In this document: in pieces, positions 1-12,197 of the stretch
How positions within the stretch are numbered: the first letter of the stretch is position 1
Layout of the letters: the number at the start of each line of letters is the position of its first letter
Assembly (NCBI GenBank): GCA_965649215.1
Contig: CBFGJZ010000012.1
Location: 1-45,288, forward strand
DNA: 45,288 nt
Reading direction: 5' to 3'
From: a candidate division WOR-3 bacterium
Lineage (GTDB): Bacteria; Hydrothermota; Tepidihabitantia; Tepidihabitantales; CAIPLT01
Translations under genes and position numbers: made by a program
Notes under the pieces: model-generated
Database searches by the model: none
What the model was told of the DNA's origin: nothing
Seen by the model: only the letters and a program-made list of their open reading frames with translations

Positions 1-113
1 AAGAATGCATATCTCAGACCCTTCGTTACTATATTCAACTTGCCATCCACCACGCTATTAACTAAGGCATTAACTAATCAACTCGGAAAAATACATATTT
101 AATTCTGTGTTTA

Positions 114-196
114 CCCCGCACCTTTTGTCAGGTCGTATATTAGTTCGTTCATAATATGACGGTTTATCTTCATTTTCTTTATCAAAAGATGCGGAG
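114..196. mobile_element. Small MITE/REP-like inverted-repeat element with apparent TTTA target-site duplication
   Basis: Arms ACCCCGCACCTTTTG (113-127) and CAAAAGATGCGGAGT (183-197) are 13/15 complementary; TTTA lies at both 110-113 and 197-200; no coding capacity. Confidence 0.5.
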
Positions 197-484
197 TTTA
201 TCTGTGGTTAAAAAATTAGGGCTAGAATTTCTTTCGTCTCATCCTGTTATTCTGTGCACTGCATAGAATCTACTAACTACCTTTTAATAAATTTCTATTG
301 AAGCTGTTTCTATTTATTTTCAATAAGTTTCTACCGTATTTCTATTAATTTCTCTAATTTCGTTCTATTATCGTTTCTTGTCGCTCACTACTTAATTGTT
401 ATTTAGATTTGTTTTTAATCAGACTTAGCGAGACGTTTTCTCGTTTTAGAATATCTGCATACTTTATGCTGTGTTAATCCATTT

Positions 485-2008
485 CTATCTGGCTCGATTT
501 GTTCGTTGAGCGTCATGTTCTCGCATTGGCCATCCATTCTGTATATCAGGGATATTTTCGCCATAAATTGCACAAACTCCACCAGCGTAAGGACCTCTAT
601 TTACACCTCCTGCGTAAATTGTTCCATCAGGTGCCACGATAAAATCTGCAACGTAATATAGAAAATATGTTTGTATTATGTCTCCATTTAGACTCAATTT
701 ATAAGTACAAAAACCATTGGCACCTCCATATTCATCAAATCCCTCAGCAATGATAGGTCCGTTTCTGCTTATTAATAATGGTGGTGGTCCTCCTCCTGAA
801 ACTAGCGAATCTGATATCCATCTCAATGTTCCATCAATATTGAAAGCATGAAGAAGCCCATCACCACATTTGACATAAATAATATTGTCATCTGATATAA
901 TTGCCCTTGAATACCCATAATAAGGCTGTTGCCAAAGAATCGAACCGCTGTTTGGATCTATAGCGTATAAGTTACTCCCGACGCCGACAACAGTTCCATT
1001 GGGCGCAATAGAGATCCCATAAAGTTCAATATTTTTGCTCCAAATAAGATCACCATTGCTGTTAAAGGCCAATAAGGCATTTACACCACCACTACCCGAA
1101 GAGATTGCAAAAATATTTCCATTAGAACCTATTGCCACTTGTTTTACTCCATAAGGTTTAATCCACTTTATTGATGAATTTGTATCTACACAGAAGAATC
1201 GTGTAAACCCACCACAAATAAGTGAACCATCTTCAGCAATTGCTTTTACCTCTGCATCATAATATGGTGGTGAACCACTAGGAAGGATCCACTTAATAGT
1301 CCCTCCCGGCGAAATAGCAGCGAGTGTACTATATTCATAACCAGGTTGGTCGTTATAACTTACGTATATAGTTCCATCAAGACCAACAATGGGATAAGAA
1401 CAACTGACTCCTATAGCGGTATTTGTGTCATTGTGAAGAAATAATCTCCATTTTTCGACTCCCTGAGGATTTAACGCTACAAGAAGATAAGATTGCGAGT
1501 AAATTGGATGAAAGACAGCATAAATGGAACCGTCTAATCCTAAAGTTGGACCACATACTGCCCAAGATCTGGTTGGATCTGGAGAAGAATAGAACCATTT
1601 AATAGTAGCAACAGTAAATTGCCATTCATCCGACCAATCGCTCCAATTTCCTATCGAATCCCTCGCTCTTACACACCAATGATATGACCCATCTTGTAAA
1701 GGCCAGTAAGGATTTCTGTCTCTTCTTAACCTGTCTGGTTGATATTCAGAAACACCAGTAGATTCTGAAAAGTTATACATACCGGAGGAAACTTTTATTT
1801 CATAGGCAACCGCTCCGGTTACATCGCTCCAATCAAAGAAAGGTGCGTTATCTCGCATTACGCTTCCATTTGCAGGTGATATAAGCGTAGGAGAATTTAT
1901 AGTAGGTGGTATCTCAGGCAATTTCTTCTTACAAGAAAAGATAAGCAATAATAGAAATGAAGATGTTATCATTTTAGGAAAGAATGCCATTATATTAATT
2001 AATTTCAT
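485..2008 (-). CDS. Lipoprotein with an FN3/Ig-like domain and a PQQ-like (BamB-type) beta-propeller
   Basis: 507-aa ORF; SD GGAGG upstream; lipobox-like LIFSC followed by KKK; FN3-like 'YHWCVRARDSIGNWSDWS'; repeated 'DGTIY...L.A....G..KW' blades; terminal WPMREHDAQRTNR motif. Confidence 0.8.
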   Translation of the reverse strand: MKLINIMAFFPKMITSSFLLLLIFSCKKKLPEIPPTINSPTLISPANGSVMRDNAPFFDWSDVTGAVAYEIKVSSGMYNFSESTGVSEYQPDRLRRDRNPYWPLQDGSYHWCVRARDSIGNWSDWSDEWQFTVATIKWFYSSPDPTRSWAVCGPTLGLDGSIYAVFHPIYSQSYLLVALNPQGVEKWRLFLHNDTNTAIGVSCSYPIVGLDGTIYVSYNDQPGYEYSTLAAISPGGTIKWILPSGSPPYYDAEVKAIAEDGSLICGGFTRFFCVDTNSSIKWIKPYGVKQVAIGSNGNIFAISSGSGGVNALLAFNSNGDLIWSKNIELYGISIAPNGTVVGVGSNLYAIDPNSGSILWQQPYYGYSRAIISDDNIIYVKCGDGLLHAFNIDGTLRWISDSLVSGGGPPPLLISRNGPIIAEGFDEYGGANGFCTYKLSLNGDIIQTYFLYYVADFIVAPDGTIYAGGVNRGPYAGGVCAIYGENIPDIQNGWPMREHDAQRTNRAR

Positions 2009-2143
2009 ATTTTTCCTCCGTTTATAATCAAGTTTTGATTAAAGAATTTTTTATTATAAAAACCATCGGTATTGCCACAGCAATAAAAGTTGCCTCACGA
2101 TGATTTAAAAATAAAATTCTTTTGTAACTTTGAGAACTAAGAC

Positions 2144-2170
2144 TCTGTCTGTCTGTCTGCCTGCCTGTCT
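2144..2170. repeat. Tetranucleotide simple sequence repeat (TCTG)4(CCTG)2TCT
   Basis: Read directly from the sequence. Confidence 0.9.
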
Positions 2171-2242
2171 TGAATGATGAATGTGATTATTTATTGGTAT
2201 GTTAGAAACAGGTATGTTATGATTAAACCTCATAACTGCCTA

Positions 2243-2271
2243 ATATTAATAAACCTTCAGCCATTTGTCAA
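2243..2271 (-). promoter_or_regulatory. sigma70-type promoter TTGACA-N17-TAATAT for the sORF/lipoprotein transcript
   Basis: Minus strand TTGACA (2271-2266), 17-nt spacer, TAATAT (2248-2243). Confidence 0.55.
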
Positions 2272-2531
2272 GTGATGAGATAAAATCTCACTTTGCTACT
2301 ATAATTACAGAAAAATGATTACACAAATTACAAAATATTCGCGAAAATAACAAATACAATGAAGATTGCCACGCCTGAAATGGTTTCGCAATAACAAGTT
2401 TAATATATTTAAATTTATAGTCAAAACTAATTCTATTTTCATCGTTTTACTGGCAGTTAGTTATATTAGTTGATAATCCGTGTCTATAATTATTCTTGAC
2501 AATCTTCTTGACATGCGTAAAAATATAATGA

Positions 2532-5266
<2,735 letters not shown>

Positions 5267-5278
5267 TAACAAGAAATA

Positions 5279-7411
5279 ATGGAAAATTTTCCAAACAATT
5301 ATCATAAATACAAAAAAATAAATAATGATTCTTCGTCAATCTTATCTCAACCAGTACAATATCTAAAAGGGATTGGGCCCAAAAGAGCAGCGGCTCTAAA
5401 ACGACTTAACGTAAAAACTATTGAAGAATTTTTATTTCTTCTTCCTCGACGCTATATTGACCGCACTAAAATATCTAAAATCTCCAGTTTAATTATAAAT
5501 CAAGAGGCCACAATTTTTGGTAAAATAATTGCGAGTGGTATTAAAAAAACTAAAAATAAAGGTGAATTAGTTCGCATTATTGTTAGCGACCGTACTGGTT
5601 TACTTGAAGCCATTTGGTTTAACCGACCAGATTTAAAAAATAAGTTTCAAATTAATCAATATATAATATTATCGGGTACGATCAGTTTTTACGAGCGAAA
5701 ACAAATTATTAATCCTTTTTATGAATTAATTGAAAATAACATTGATAATAATAATGATTTTGTTTATGCGGGTGGTGTAATTCCAGTGTATCCTTTAACC
5801 GAAGGATTATCTAATTGGGAAATTAGACGCCCGATGCGTAATGCGATTGAGTTATATGCCCCTTATTTGACAGAAACTCTTTCAATAGATATTTTACAAA
5901 ATTATGCACTTCCCACTTTAAAACAAGCAATTGAAAATATTCATTTCCCGAAAAGTATTGACGAAGCATTACACGCCCAAGCTCGTGTTAAGTTTGAAGA
6001 ATTTTTTTATTTAGAATTAATTTTAGCCTTAAGAAAATTATCCCAATCCCAAGAAAATCAGGGTATTGTTTTAATTGAAAAAGGTTATTTAACTAAGAAA
6101 TTTTTAAGTCTTCTCCCCTATCAATTAACAGAAGGACAGAAAAAAGTTTTAGATGATATTAGAAACGACATGGCAAAACCAACCTGTATGAACCGTCTAT
6201 TACAAGGTGATGTTGGCTCCGGCAAAACGGTTGTTGCAATTTACGCTATGCTTATCGCGATTGAAAATAATTGTCAGGCTGCACTAATGGCGCCAACCGA
6301 AATTTTAGCAGAACAACATTATTTGATATGGGTTGAGAAACTAAAAAAAATTGGTGTTAATTGTTGCTTATTAACTGGTAGTACAAAAGTTAAGGAAAAA
6401 AAACAGTATCTTGAAGAAATTGCCAATGGTAAAATCAATCTCATTTTTGGAACCCATGCTTTAATTGAAGAAAGTGTCCGATTTTATAAACTGGGCCTTG
6501 CGATAGTTGACGAGCAACATCGATTTGGTGTTATGCAAAGAGCAAGTCTTATTAATAAAGGAATTAATCCTGATTTTTTAGTTATGACCGCAACACCAAT
6601 TCCTCGTACTTTACAAATGACACTATATGGGGATTTAGAAATATCAATTTTGAAAGAAAAACCACCGGGTCGGAAAAAAATTATTACTCGTTTAGTCTCT
6701 GATGCCCAACGAGAAAAAATCTATCAATTTCTTAACACTAAGATTCAAGAAGGTAAACAAATCTATATTGTCTGTCCCCTAATTGAAGAATCAGAAAAAT
6801 TAGATCTTAAAGCAGCAATCAAAACCTATGAAGAAATCAAAAATATATTTTTGCATGCCCGAGTTGGACTTATCCACGGTAAATTAAAAAGCACTGAACG
6901 AATAGCAGTTATGGAACAATTTCGTAAACATCAACTTGATATCTTAGTTACAACAACAGTGATTGAAGTTGGTGTTGATATTCCTAATGCCACTGTTATG
7001 GTTATTGAACACCCGGAGCGTTTTGGTCTTGCTCAATTACATCAACTTCGTGGTCGCATTGGTCGCGGTAAAGATATTTCATATTGTATATTAGTTACGT
7101 CTTCATCAAATCCACAAGCAGTTCGAGAACGCTTAAAGTTCTTCGAAAGAAATGATGATGGTTTTTTATTGGCTGAAAAAGATTTAGAAATTCGAGGTCC
7201 TGGGCAATTATTAGGAACTCGTCAACATGGCTTACCTGATTTAAAATTTGCAGATTTACACGAAGATCAGAAGTTACTCTTCCAAGCTCGCGATGCTGCG
7301 TTTGATTTAATTAAAAAAGATCCCAATTTATCAAAACCAGAAAATAAAATCATTCGTAAAACTTTTATTAATAAATTTAAGGACCGCCTTGAATTATTAA
7401 GAGTAGGATAA
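5279..7411 (+). CDS. recG: ATP-dependent DNA helicase RecG
   Basis: 'MNRLLQGDVGSGKT', 'DEQHRFG', 'MTATPIPRTL', 'QLHQLRGRIGRG', 'DLEIRGPG'. Confidence 0.99.
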   Translation: MENFPNNYHKYKKINNDSSSILSQPVQYLKGIGPKRAAALKRLNVKTIEEFLFLLPRRYIDRTKISKISSLIINQEATIFGKIIASGIKKTKNKGELVRIIVSDRTGLLEAIWFNRPDLKNKFQINQYIILSGTISFYERKQIINPFYELIENNIDNNNDFVYAGGVIPVYPLTEGLSNWEIRRPMRNAIELYAPYLTETLSIDILQNYALPTLKQAIENIHFPKSIDEALHAQARVKFEEFFYLELILALRKLSQSQENQGIVLIEKGYLTKKFLSLLPYQLTEGQKKVLDDIRNDMAKPTCMNRLLQGDVGSGKTVVAIYAMLIAIENNCQAALMAPTEILAEQHYLIWVEKLKKIGVNCCLLTGSTKVKEKKQYLEEIANGKINLIFGTHALIEESVRFYKLGLAIVDEQHRFGVMQRASLINKGINPDFLVMTATPIPRTLQMTLYGDLEISILKEKPPGRKKIITRLVSDAQREKIYQFLNTKIQEGKQIYIVCPLIEESEKLDLKAAIKTYEEIKNIFLHARVGLIHGKLKSTERIAVMEQFRKHQLDILVTTTVIEVGVDIPNATVMVIEHPERFGLAQLHQLRGRIGRGKDISYCILVTSSSNPQAVRERLKFFERNDDGFLLAEKDLEIRGPGQLLGTRQHGLPDLKFADLHEDQKLLFQARDAAFDLIKKDPNLSKPENKIIRKTFINKFKDRLELLRVG

Positions 7412-7414
7412 ATT

Positions 7415-8392
7415 ATGTCAAAAATTAAAATATTATTAATTATATTATCTTCGATTTATTTCATTGTTAACTGCACACAAACTTTACCACAATCTATTGG
7501 CAAAATTCGTCAAATTATTGTATTGACTAATTTTCGTTCCCAAATTGAAAAACAACTTCAATATACACTCCAACGTAATTATTACACTGTCCAGCCTGAA
7601 CCTGAATTTATCCTGCGTTATGAAGATCTTAGTCGTTTATCCGACTTTATGAAATTTCATCTTATTCTCATTGTCGGTGTAATAACCGAAGAACCAATAC
7701 AAACTTTATTAAAAGAATATCAAACTAAAATCCAACAAGATGGCTTTGGTTTGTATTCTTATAATGACCTTTGGGCAAAAAATCAGAAAGTGCTTATCTT
7801 TGCGGCAAACGATTATAATACTCTTTCTGATGGACTCATCCGATATGAACGACGTATTCGCCAAGAGTTTCAAAATTATTTAATTAATTATCTAACTCAA
7901 CTCACTTATGCTCGTGGGTACAAAAAAGAAATTAGTGATTCATTAATAAATCATTATCATTATAGTATAAAAGTACCGCAGAGTTTTTTCTTAAACACAA
8001 AGTACGAAAATAATAACTTCATATATTTGGTTGCTCATAATCCGACTCGGAGTATCTTTATCTATAACGAACGACGATATATTGAGTTAGATCCAAGTTA
8101 TATTATTTCATTAAGAGATAGTATCACTAATCTCTTTTTTGATAAAGATTATGTTTATCAACCATTAACTTATGCCGAAACAACTAACTTTAATAATAAC
8201 ATTGCTTTAAAACTTATTGGTGCTTGGCAAAATGATGCACTAACTGCAGGTGGCCCTTTTATTTCGTATTGTTTTAATAAAAATAATCATTTTTATTATA
8301 TTGATGGCAGTGTTTTTAATCCTGGAAAACGTAAACTTGATAACCTTTTACAGCTCGATGCAATTATCAGAACTTTTGAAATCTTACAATGA
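7415..8392 (+). CDS. DUF4837-like lipoprotein
   Basis: Lipobox-like IVNC; C-terminal 'GAW...GGPFISY...DGSVFNPGKRK..L.QL.AI' resembles DUF4837 (recognised from memory). Confidence 0.7.
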   Translation: MSKIKILLIILSSIYFIVNCTQTLPQSIGKIRQIIVLTNFRSQIEKQLQYTLQRNYYTVQPEPEFILRYEDLSRLSDFMKFHLILIVGVITEEPIQTLLKEYQTKIQQDGFGLYSYNDLWAKNQKVLIFAANDYNTLSDGLIRYERRIRQEFQNYLINYLTQLTYARGYKKEISDSLINHYHYSIKVPQSFFLNTKYENNNFIYLVAHNPTRSIFIYNERRYIELDPSYIISLRDSITNLFFDKDYVYQPLTYAETTNFNNNIALKLIGAWQNDALTAGGPFISYCFNKNNHFYYIDGSVFNPGKRKLDNLLQLDAIIRTFEILQ

Positions 8393-8613
8393 AGTTAAAA
8401 TAAGTTTATTTAATTATCAAACAAATCAACAATAAACATTGTTCTCATAATCATATAATTAGGAAAATATTAAAATCCATTTATTACTTTCTTGGCTATT
8501 CTTTTATTAAAGATACTTCGCAATTCCTCTTTTGCTCTATTGTATAATTTTCTGTGCAGAATTGAAGTAGGTATTCGACTATCGAAACTATTTCTAATTA
8601 AATTCGTTACAAG

Positions 8614-8642
8614 TTGACAAACAATTTAATCCGAATTACAAT
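8614..8642 (+). promoter_or_regulatory. sigma70-type promoter TTGACA-N17-TACAAT
   Basis: Near-consensus hexamers, followed by SD AAGGAG ahead of ATG 8669. Confidence 0.75.
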
Positions 8643-8668
8643 TTATTATATTATAATAAGGAGTAAAA

Positions 8669-11308
8669 ATGAAAATATCTATGTATTTTGTTCTTTTAAT
8701 AGGTTTATTCTGTTGTTTTAATTTAGTAGCAATTCCAAATCAAACCTATTTTGTCAAGATTGAAGCTGTAAACCAAAACGAAATATCTAAAATTATAAAA
8801 GATGGCATACCGGTTATTATTGAGTTTTCAGACCATGTTATTGCCTTTATTACTCAATCACAATTATCATTAATAGCAAATAGAAATTATATTTTACTCG
8901 ATAAAATTTCAGATGGAAAAGAATATTATATTGTTACACCACAAAACGACTTGACCGCTAAAAATATTCGCAATAATTATAAAGTAATTATTGAAGAATC
9001 TCCCAATGAAGGTCACTATCAAATTATTGAAATTGCCCCTACTGATATCCTCGAATTAAGTAAATTACCAATTAGACTCACCAAAATTGATTTCACCCCC
9101 GTGACCTTATCAGAAACCGCACCAAAATATAGTCAAGTAGTATTTAATCCTTTAATTCAACAAATGGTTTCTACTGTCAATCCTGATTCTGTTCTTTCTT
9201 TTGTCCGAAGACTTCAGAATTTTCGTAATCGTGTTTCAAATTCTGATTCTAACATGGCTGCAGTAAATTGGATACGGAATAAATTTATAGAGTATGGTTG
9301 TGATAGTGTTTTTACACACACTTTTAGTACTTCATATAAACCAAATGTAATTGGAGTAAAACGAGGTTATGCTTATCCAGATAATATTTATTATGTAATA
9401 TGTGGACATCTTGATGCAGTGAGTAATTGTCCTGGTGCTGATGATAATGGCTCTGGTACGACCGCTGTTTTGGAAGCCGCTCGTGTTATGCAAAATTATA
9501 ATTTTGAATATTCAATCCGCTATATTGGATTTAATGCTGAAGAGCAAGGTCTAATTGGCAGTAACGCATATGCCCAAATGGCACGAAATGCAGGTGATTC
9601 AATTCTTGGTGTTTTTAATTTTGATATGATTGGCTATGCTGATATAGTTCCTGAAAATCTTGAAGTGATCGGAAAAATTTCAAATCCTAATTGCAGTAGT
9701 TTTGTCAATCATATTATTTCAAGTGCTGCAACTTATGTACCTGAATTACAAACTAATCGTCGTATGGTAACTAGTCTGTCAGGTTCTGATCATCACTCAT
9801 TTTGGCAAAGAGGATATGTAGGATTTTGCGGTATTGAAGATTATCCTTTAACTAATCCATATTATCATTTATCAAGTGACTCAATTGGCTCAGGATTTAA
9901 CAATTTAACTTTCTGCACTAATGTCATTAAAGCGGGTGTTGCATCTTTAGCAAGTCTTGCTAATCCAGTCTTTCCCAATTCTCCAATGGTCATCTACCGT
10001 GGTTATCGTATTATGGAAATTAATGGCAATAATAATAACCATTGGGATGCTGCTGAATCAATTAACTTATATATTATCTTACGAAATATTGGACAATTAA
10101 CCGCTAATTCGGTATCTGCGACTATTAATACTATTTCTCCTTATGTTCAAATTATTCAAAATCAAGCAAGTTATGGTAATATCAACTCATTAGATACTAT
10201 GGTCAATTTAACACCATTTGTTGCTTATGCTTTATCTAATACTCCAATTGCACACAATGTTACTTTTTCCTTACAAATAACTTGTAGTGATACCACTTGG
10301 AATTACACTTTTTCAATTCCGATTGGTCAATTCACACCTACTGATCCTATTCCTGATGGTCCCAGGGTTCCAGCGCTTTATTGGGCATATGACAATACTG
10401 ATCTTTCGTATAGTCAACATCCAATTTACAATTGGATAGAAATTAAGGGGATTGGCAATCGCATAACTTACGACCACAATGATCAAGTCCGAATCATTAA
10501 CTTACCTCCTGAATTTGGACCTCTCAAATATTACGGCCAATCTTACAATACAATATCAGTTAGTGTCGATGGATTCATTGTCTGTGGGTCTGATACGACT
10601 CGTGCCTATACAAACCAACCAATTCCTTCGTCAAGTACTCCATCAAAGTTAATAGCAGTAAATTGGGATGATCTTGTTCATTCTAACACAGGTATTGGCG
10701 GTGTTTATTGGTATTATGATCCTTCTATACGAGCTATGATAATTCAATGGGATAGTCTTTCCTATTATTCAGCAACATCAACCCGTGATAAATTTCAAGT
10801 AATTATATTTGATACAACTTATACCACAACTACTGGTGATAATATCATCATTACCCAATATATGACTGCAAATCGATATTCGAGTTCAACAATTGGTATT
10901 GAAGATCAAACTCAAACAATCGGTATTCAATATCTCTTTGACGGAACTTATCACCCTGCTGCTGCGCCAATCCAACCCCAAAGAGCAATCAAATTTGTGA
11001 CCAATTCACCAATGGGCATTATTAGTTCCGAAGAAACCCAATCATTACCTATAAGTAACGCTATAGTTAAAGTATCACCCAATCCCTTCAAAAACTACAT
11101 TACAATTCAATTAACCCATCCACCCTTAATAAAAGATAAACCTATTATTAGAATCTATAATGCCTCTGGCTGCCTTGTTAAAACAATAAATACTTCCTAT
11201 GGAATTTGGAATGGTACAGACGAAAACAATAATCCTTTACAATCAGGAATTTACTTTGTTAAAACTGTAAATAACTCAAAACCAATTAAAATCATCTATC
11301 TTCGTTAA
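8669..11308 (+). CDS. Secreted M28 family metallopeptidase with a C-terminal T9SS-type/FlgD-Ig sorting domain
   Basis: Signal peptide; M28 motifs 'GHLD', 'GADDNGSG', 'AEEQGLIGS', 'NFDMIG', 'SDH', 'YYH'; C-terminal 'SPNPF...IYNASGCLV...WNGTD...SGIYFV...KIIYLR'. Confidence 0.9.
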   Translation: MKISMYFVLLIGLFCCFNLVAIPNQTYFVKIEAVNQNEISKIIKDGIPVIIEFSDHVIAFITQSQLSLIANRNYILLDKISDGKEYYIVTPQNDLTAKNIRNNYKVIIEESPNEGHYQIIEIAPTDILELSKLPIRLTKIDFTPVTLSETAPKYSQVVFNPLIQQMVSTVNPDSVLSFVRRLQNFRNRVSNSDSNMAAVNWIRNKFIEYGCDSVFTHTFSTSYKPNVIGVKRGYAYPDNIYYVICGHLDAVSNCPGADDNGSGTTAVLEAARVMQNYNFEYSIRYIGFNAEEQGLIGSNAYAQMARNAGDSILGVFNFDMIGYADIVPENLEVIGKISNPNCSSFVNHIISSAATYVPELQTNRRMVTSLSGSDHHSFWQRGYVGFCGIEDYPLTNPYYHLSSDSIGSGFNNLTFCTNVIKAGVASLASLANPVFPNSPMVIYRGYRIMEINGNNNNHWDAAESINLYIILRNIGQLTANSVSATINTISPYVQIIQNQASYGNINSLDTMVNLTPFVAYALSNTPIAHNVTFSLQITCSDTTWNYTFSIPIGQFTPTDPIPDGPRVPALYWAYDNTDLSYSQHPIYNWIEIKGIGNRITYDHNDQVRIINLPPEFGPLKYYGQSYNTISVSVDGFIVCGSDTTRAYTNQPIPSSSTPSKLIAVNWDDLVHSNTGIGGVYWYYDPSIRAMIIQWDSLSYYSATSTRDKFQVIIFDTTYTTTTGDNIIITQYMTANRYSSSTIGIEDQTQTIGIQYLFDGTYHPAAAPIQPQRAIKFVTNSPMGIISSEETQSLPISNAIVKVSPNPFKNYITIQLTHPPLIKDKPIIRIYNASGCLVKTINTSYGIWNGTDENNNPLQSGIYFVKTVNNSKPIKIIYLR

Positions 11309-11341
11309 ATTAAAAATTAGTATTTTTACTAAAAAATAGTA

Positions 11342-11872
11342 TTAGAGATGAGCACTATAAATACAACCACAATATTTTTGACGATATAAATCTAGTTTTT
11401 TAGCAACATTTAAATTATATCTTTCTTGAGTGGTTAAGAATAAGGGTACATATTCTATATTATACAATTTTGCATAATATCTTCCCCAATCATCAATGAA
11501 TTTTGCATCTTTGTAAGGGTTGACGGTTAATGTTGTTGAAAAATATCGCAAAGATTTTTCTGCAGTTAATTTTGCAGACTCTTCTAATCTAAGTCTAAAA
11601 CATTTCTTACATCTTTCTCCACCTTCTGCCCAATGTTCTAATCCTATAACTGCTTGATGCCACATATGCGTTTCGTAGACTCCTTCCATAAATTCAAAAT
11701 GATAGCTTCTTGATAAAACCTTTGTTGTTTCAAGTCGTTTTTGATATTCATCAGGTGGTTCAATATTGGGATTATAAAAAAATCCTAATATTTCATAAAT
11801 CTCACTTAATTTCTCTATTACTCTACTTGCACATACTGCACAACATATATGAAGTAGTAATTTTTCTTTCAA
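11342..11872 (-). CDS. queH: Epoxyqueuosine reductase QueH (DUF208)
   Basis: 'LLHICCAVC', 'FYNPNI', 'RCKKCF..RL', 'STTL', 'LYRQKYCGC'; TTG start. Confidence 0.92.
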   Translation of the reverse strand: MKEKLLLHICCAVCASRVIEKLSEIYEILGFFYNPNIEPPDEYQKRLETTKVLSRSYHFEFMEGVYETHMWHQAVIGLEHWAEGGERCKKCFRLRLEESAKLTAEKSLRYFSTTLTVNPYKDAKFIDDWGRYYAKLYNIEYVPLFLTTQERYNLNVAKKLDLYRQKYCGCIYSAHL

Positions 11873-11895
11873 TTGCTAATCCCTAATTATATACC

Positions 11896-12183
11896 TCATT
11901 TCAATCTATTTAATTCATCTTTTTTTTGTTTCAACTGATGTTCAATTTTATCTATATTCTCAAGTAAAATCTTTGTTTCTGCATCTAGATTATATTCGAT
12001 TCTTTTTTTATACTCATGATATCTTTTTAGCCCTAAACTGATCAAATATTTATCTCTTTTACGTATGAGATTAAAAATTTCAATTTTTAATTTACCCTTT
12101 GTACTTAAATCCTCTGCTTCTTTTAAAGCTATTTTACTGGTGTCTTTAAGCCATTTTTTAATTTCTTGCCAGTCAATTGTCAT
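11896..12183 (-). CDS. Small hypothetical coiled-coil protein
   Basis: 95-aa helical ORF tightly packed between the C25 peptidase gene and queH. Confidence 0.7.
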   Translation of the reverse strand: MTIDWQEIKKWLKDTSKIALKEAEDLSTKGKLKIEIFNLIRKRDKYLISLGLKRYHEYKKRIEYNLDAETKILLENIDKIEHQLKQKKDELNRLK

Positions 12184-12197
12184 TATTATCTCTTTTT

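Noticed and set aside
1..102. Open + frame KNAYLRPF...KIHI* at the window edge
   Set aside because: Only 33 codons, no recognisable motif; cannot be supported as a gene end.
57..215. Possible integron attC site (..TAAC / GTT.. boxes)
   Set aside because: No convincing R''/L''/L'/R' pairing, no integrase and no cassette array.
8250..8435. 61-aa overlapping ORF
   Set aside because: Alternate frame of the DUF4837-like gene; no RBS or motif.
11316..11333. TTAGTA-TTTT-TACTAA hairpin between convergent genes
   Set aside because: Too AT-rich and weak to call as an intrinsic terminator.
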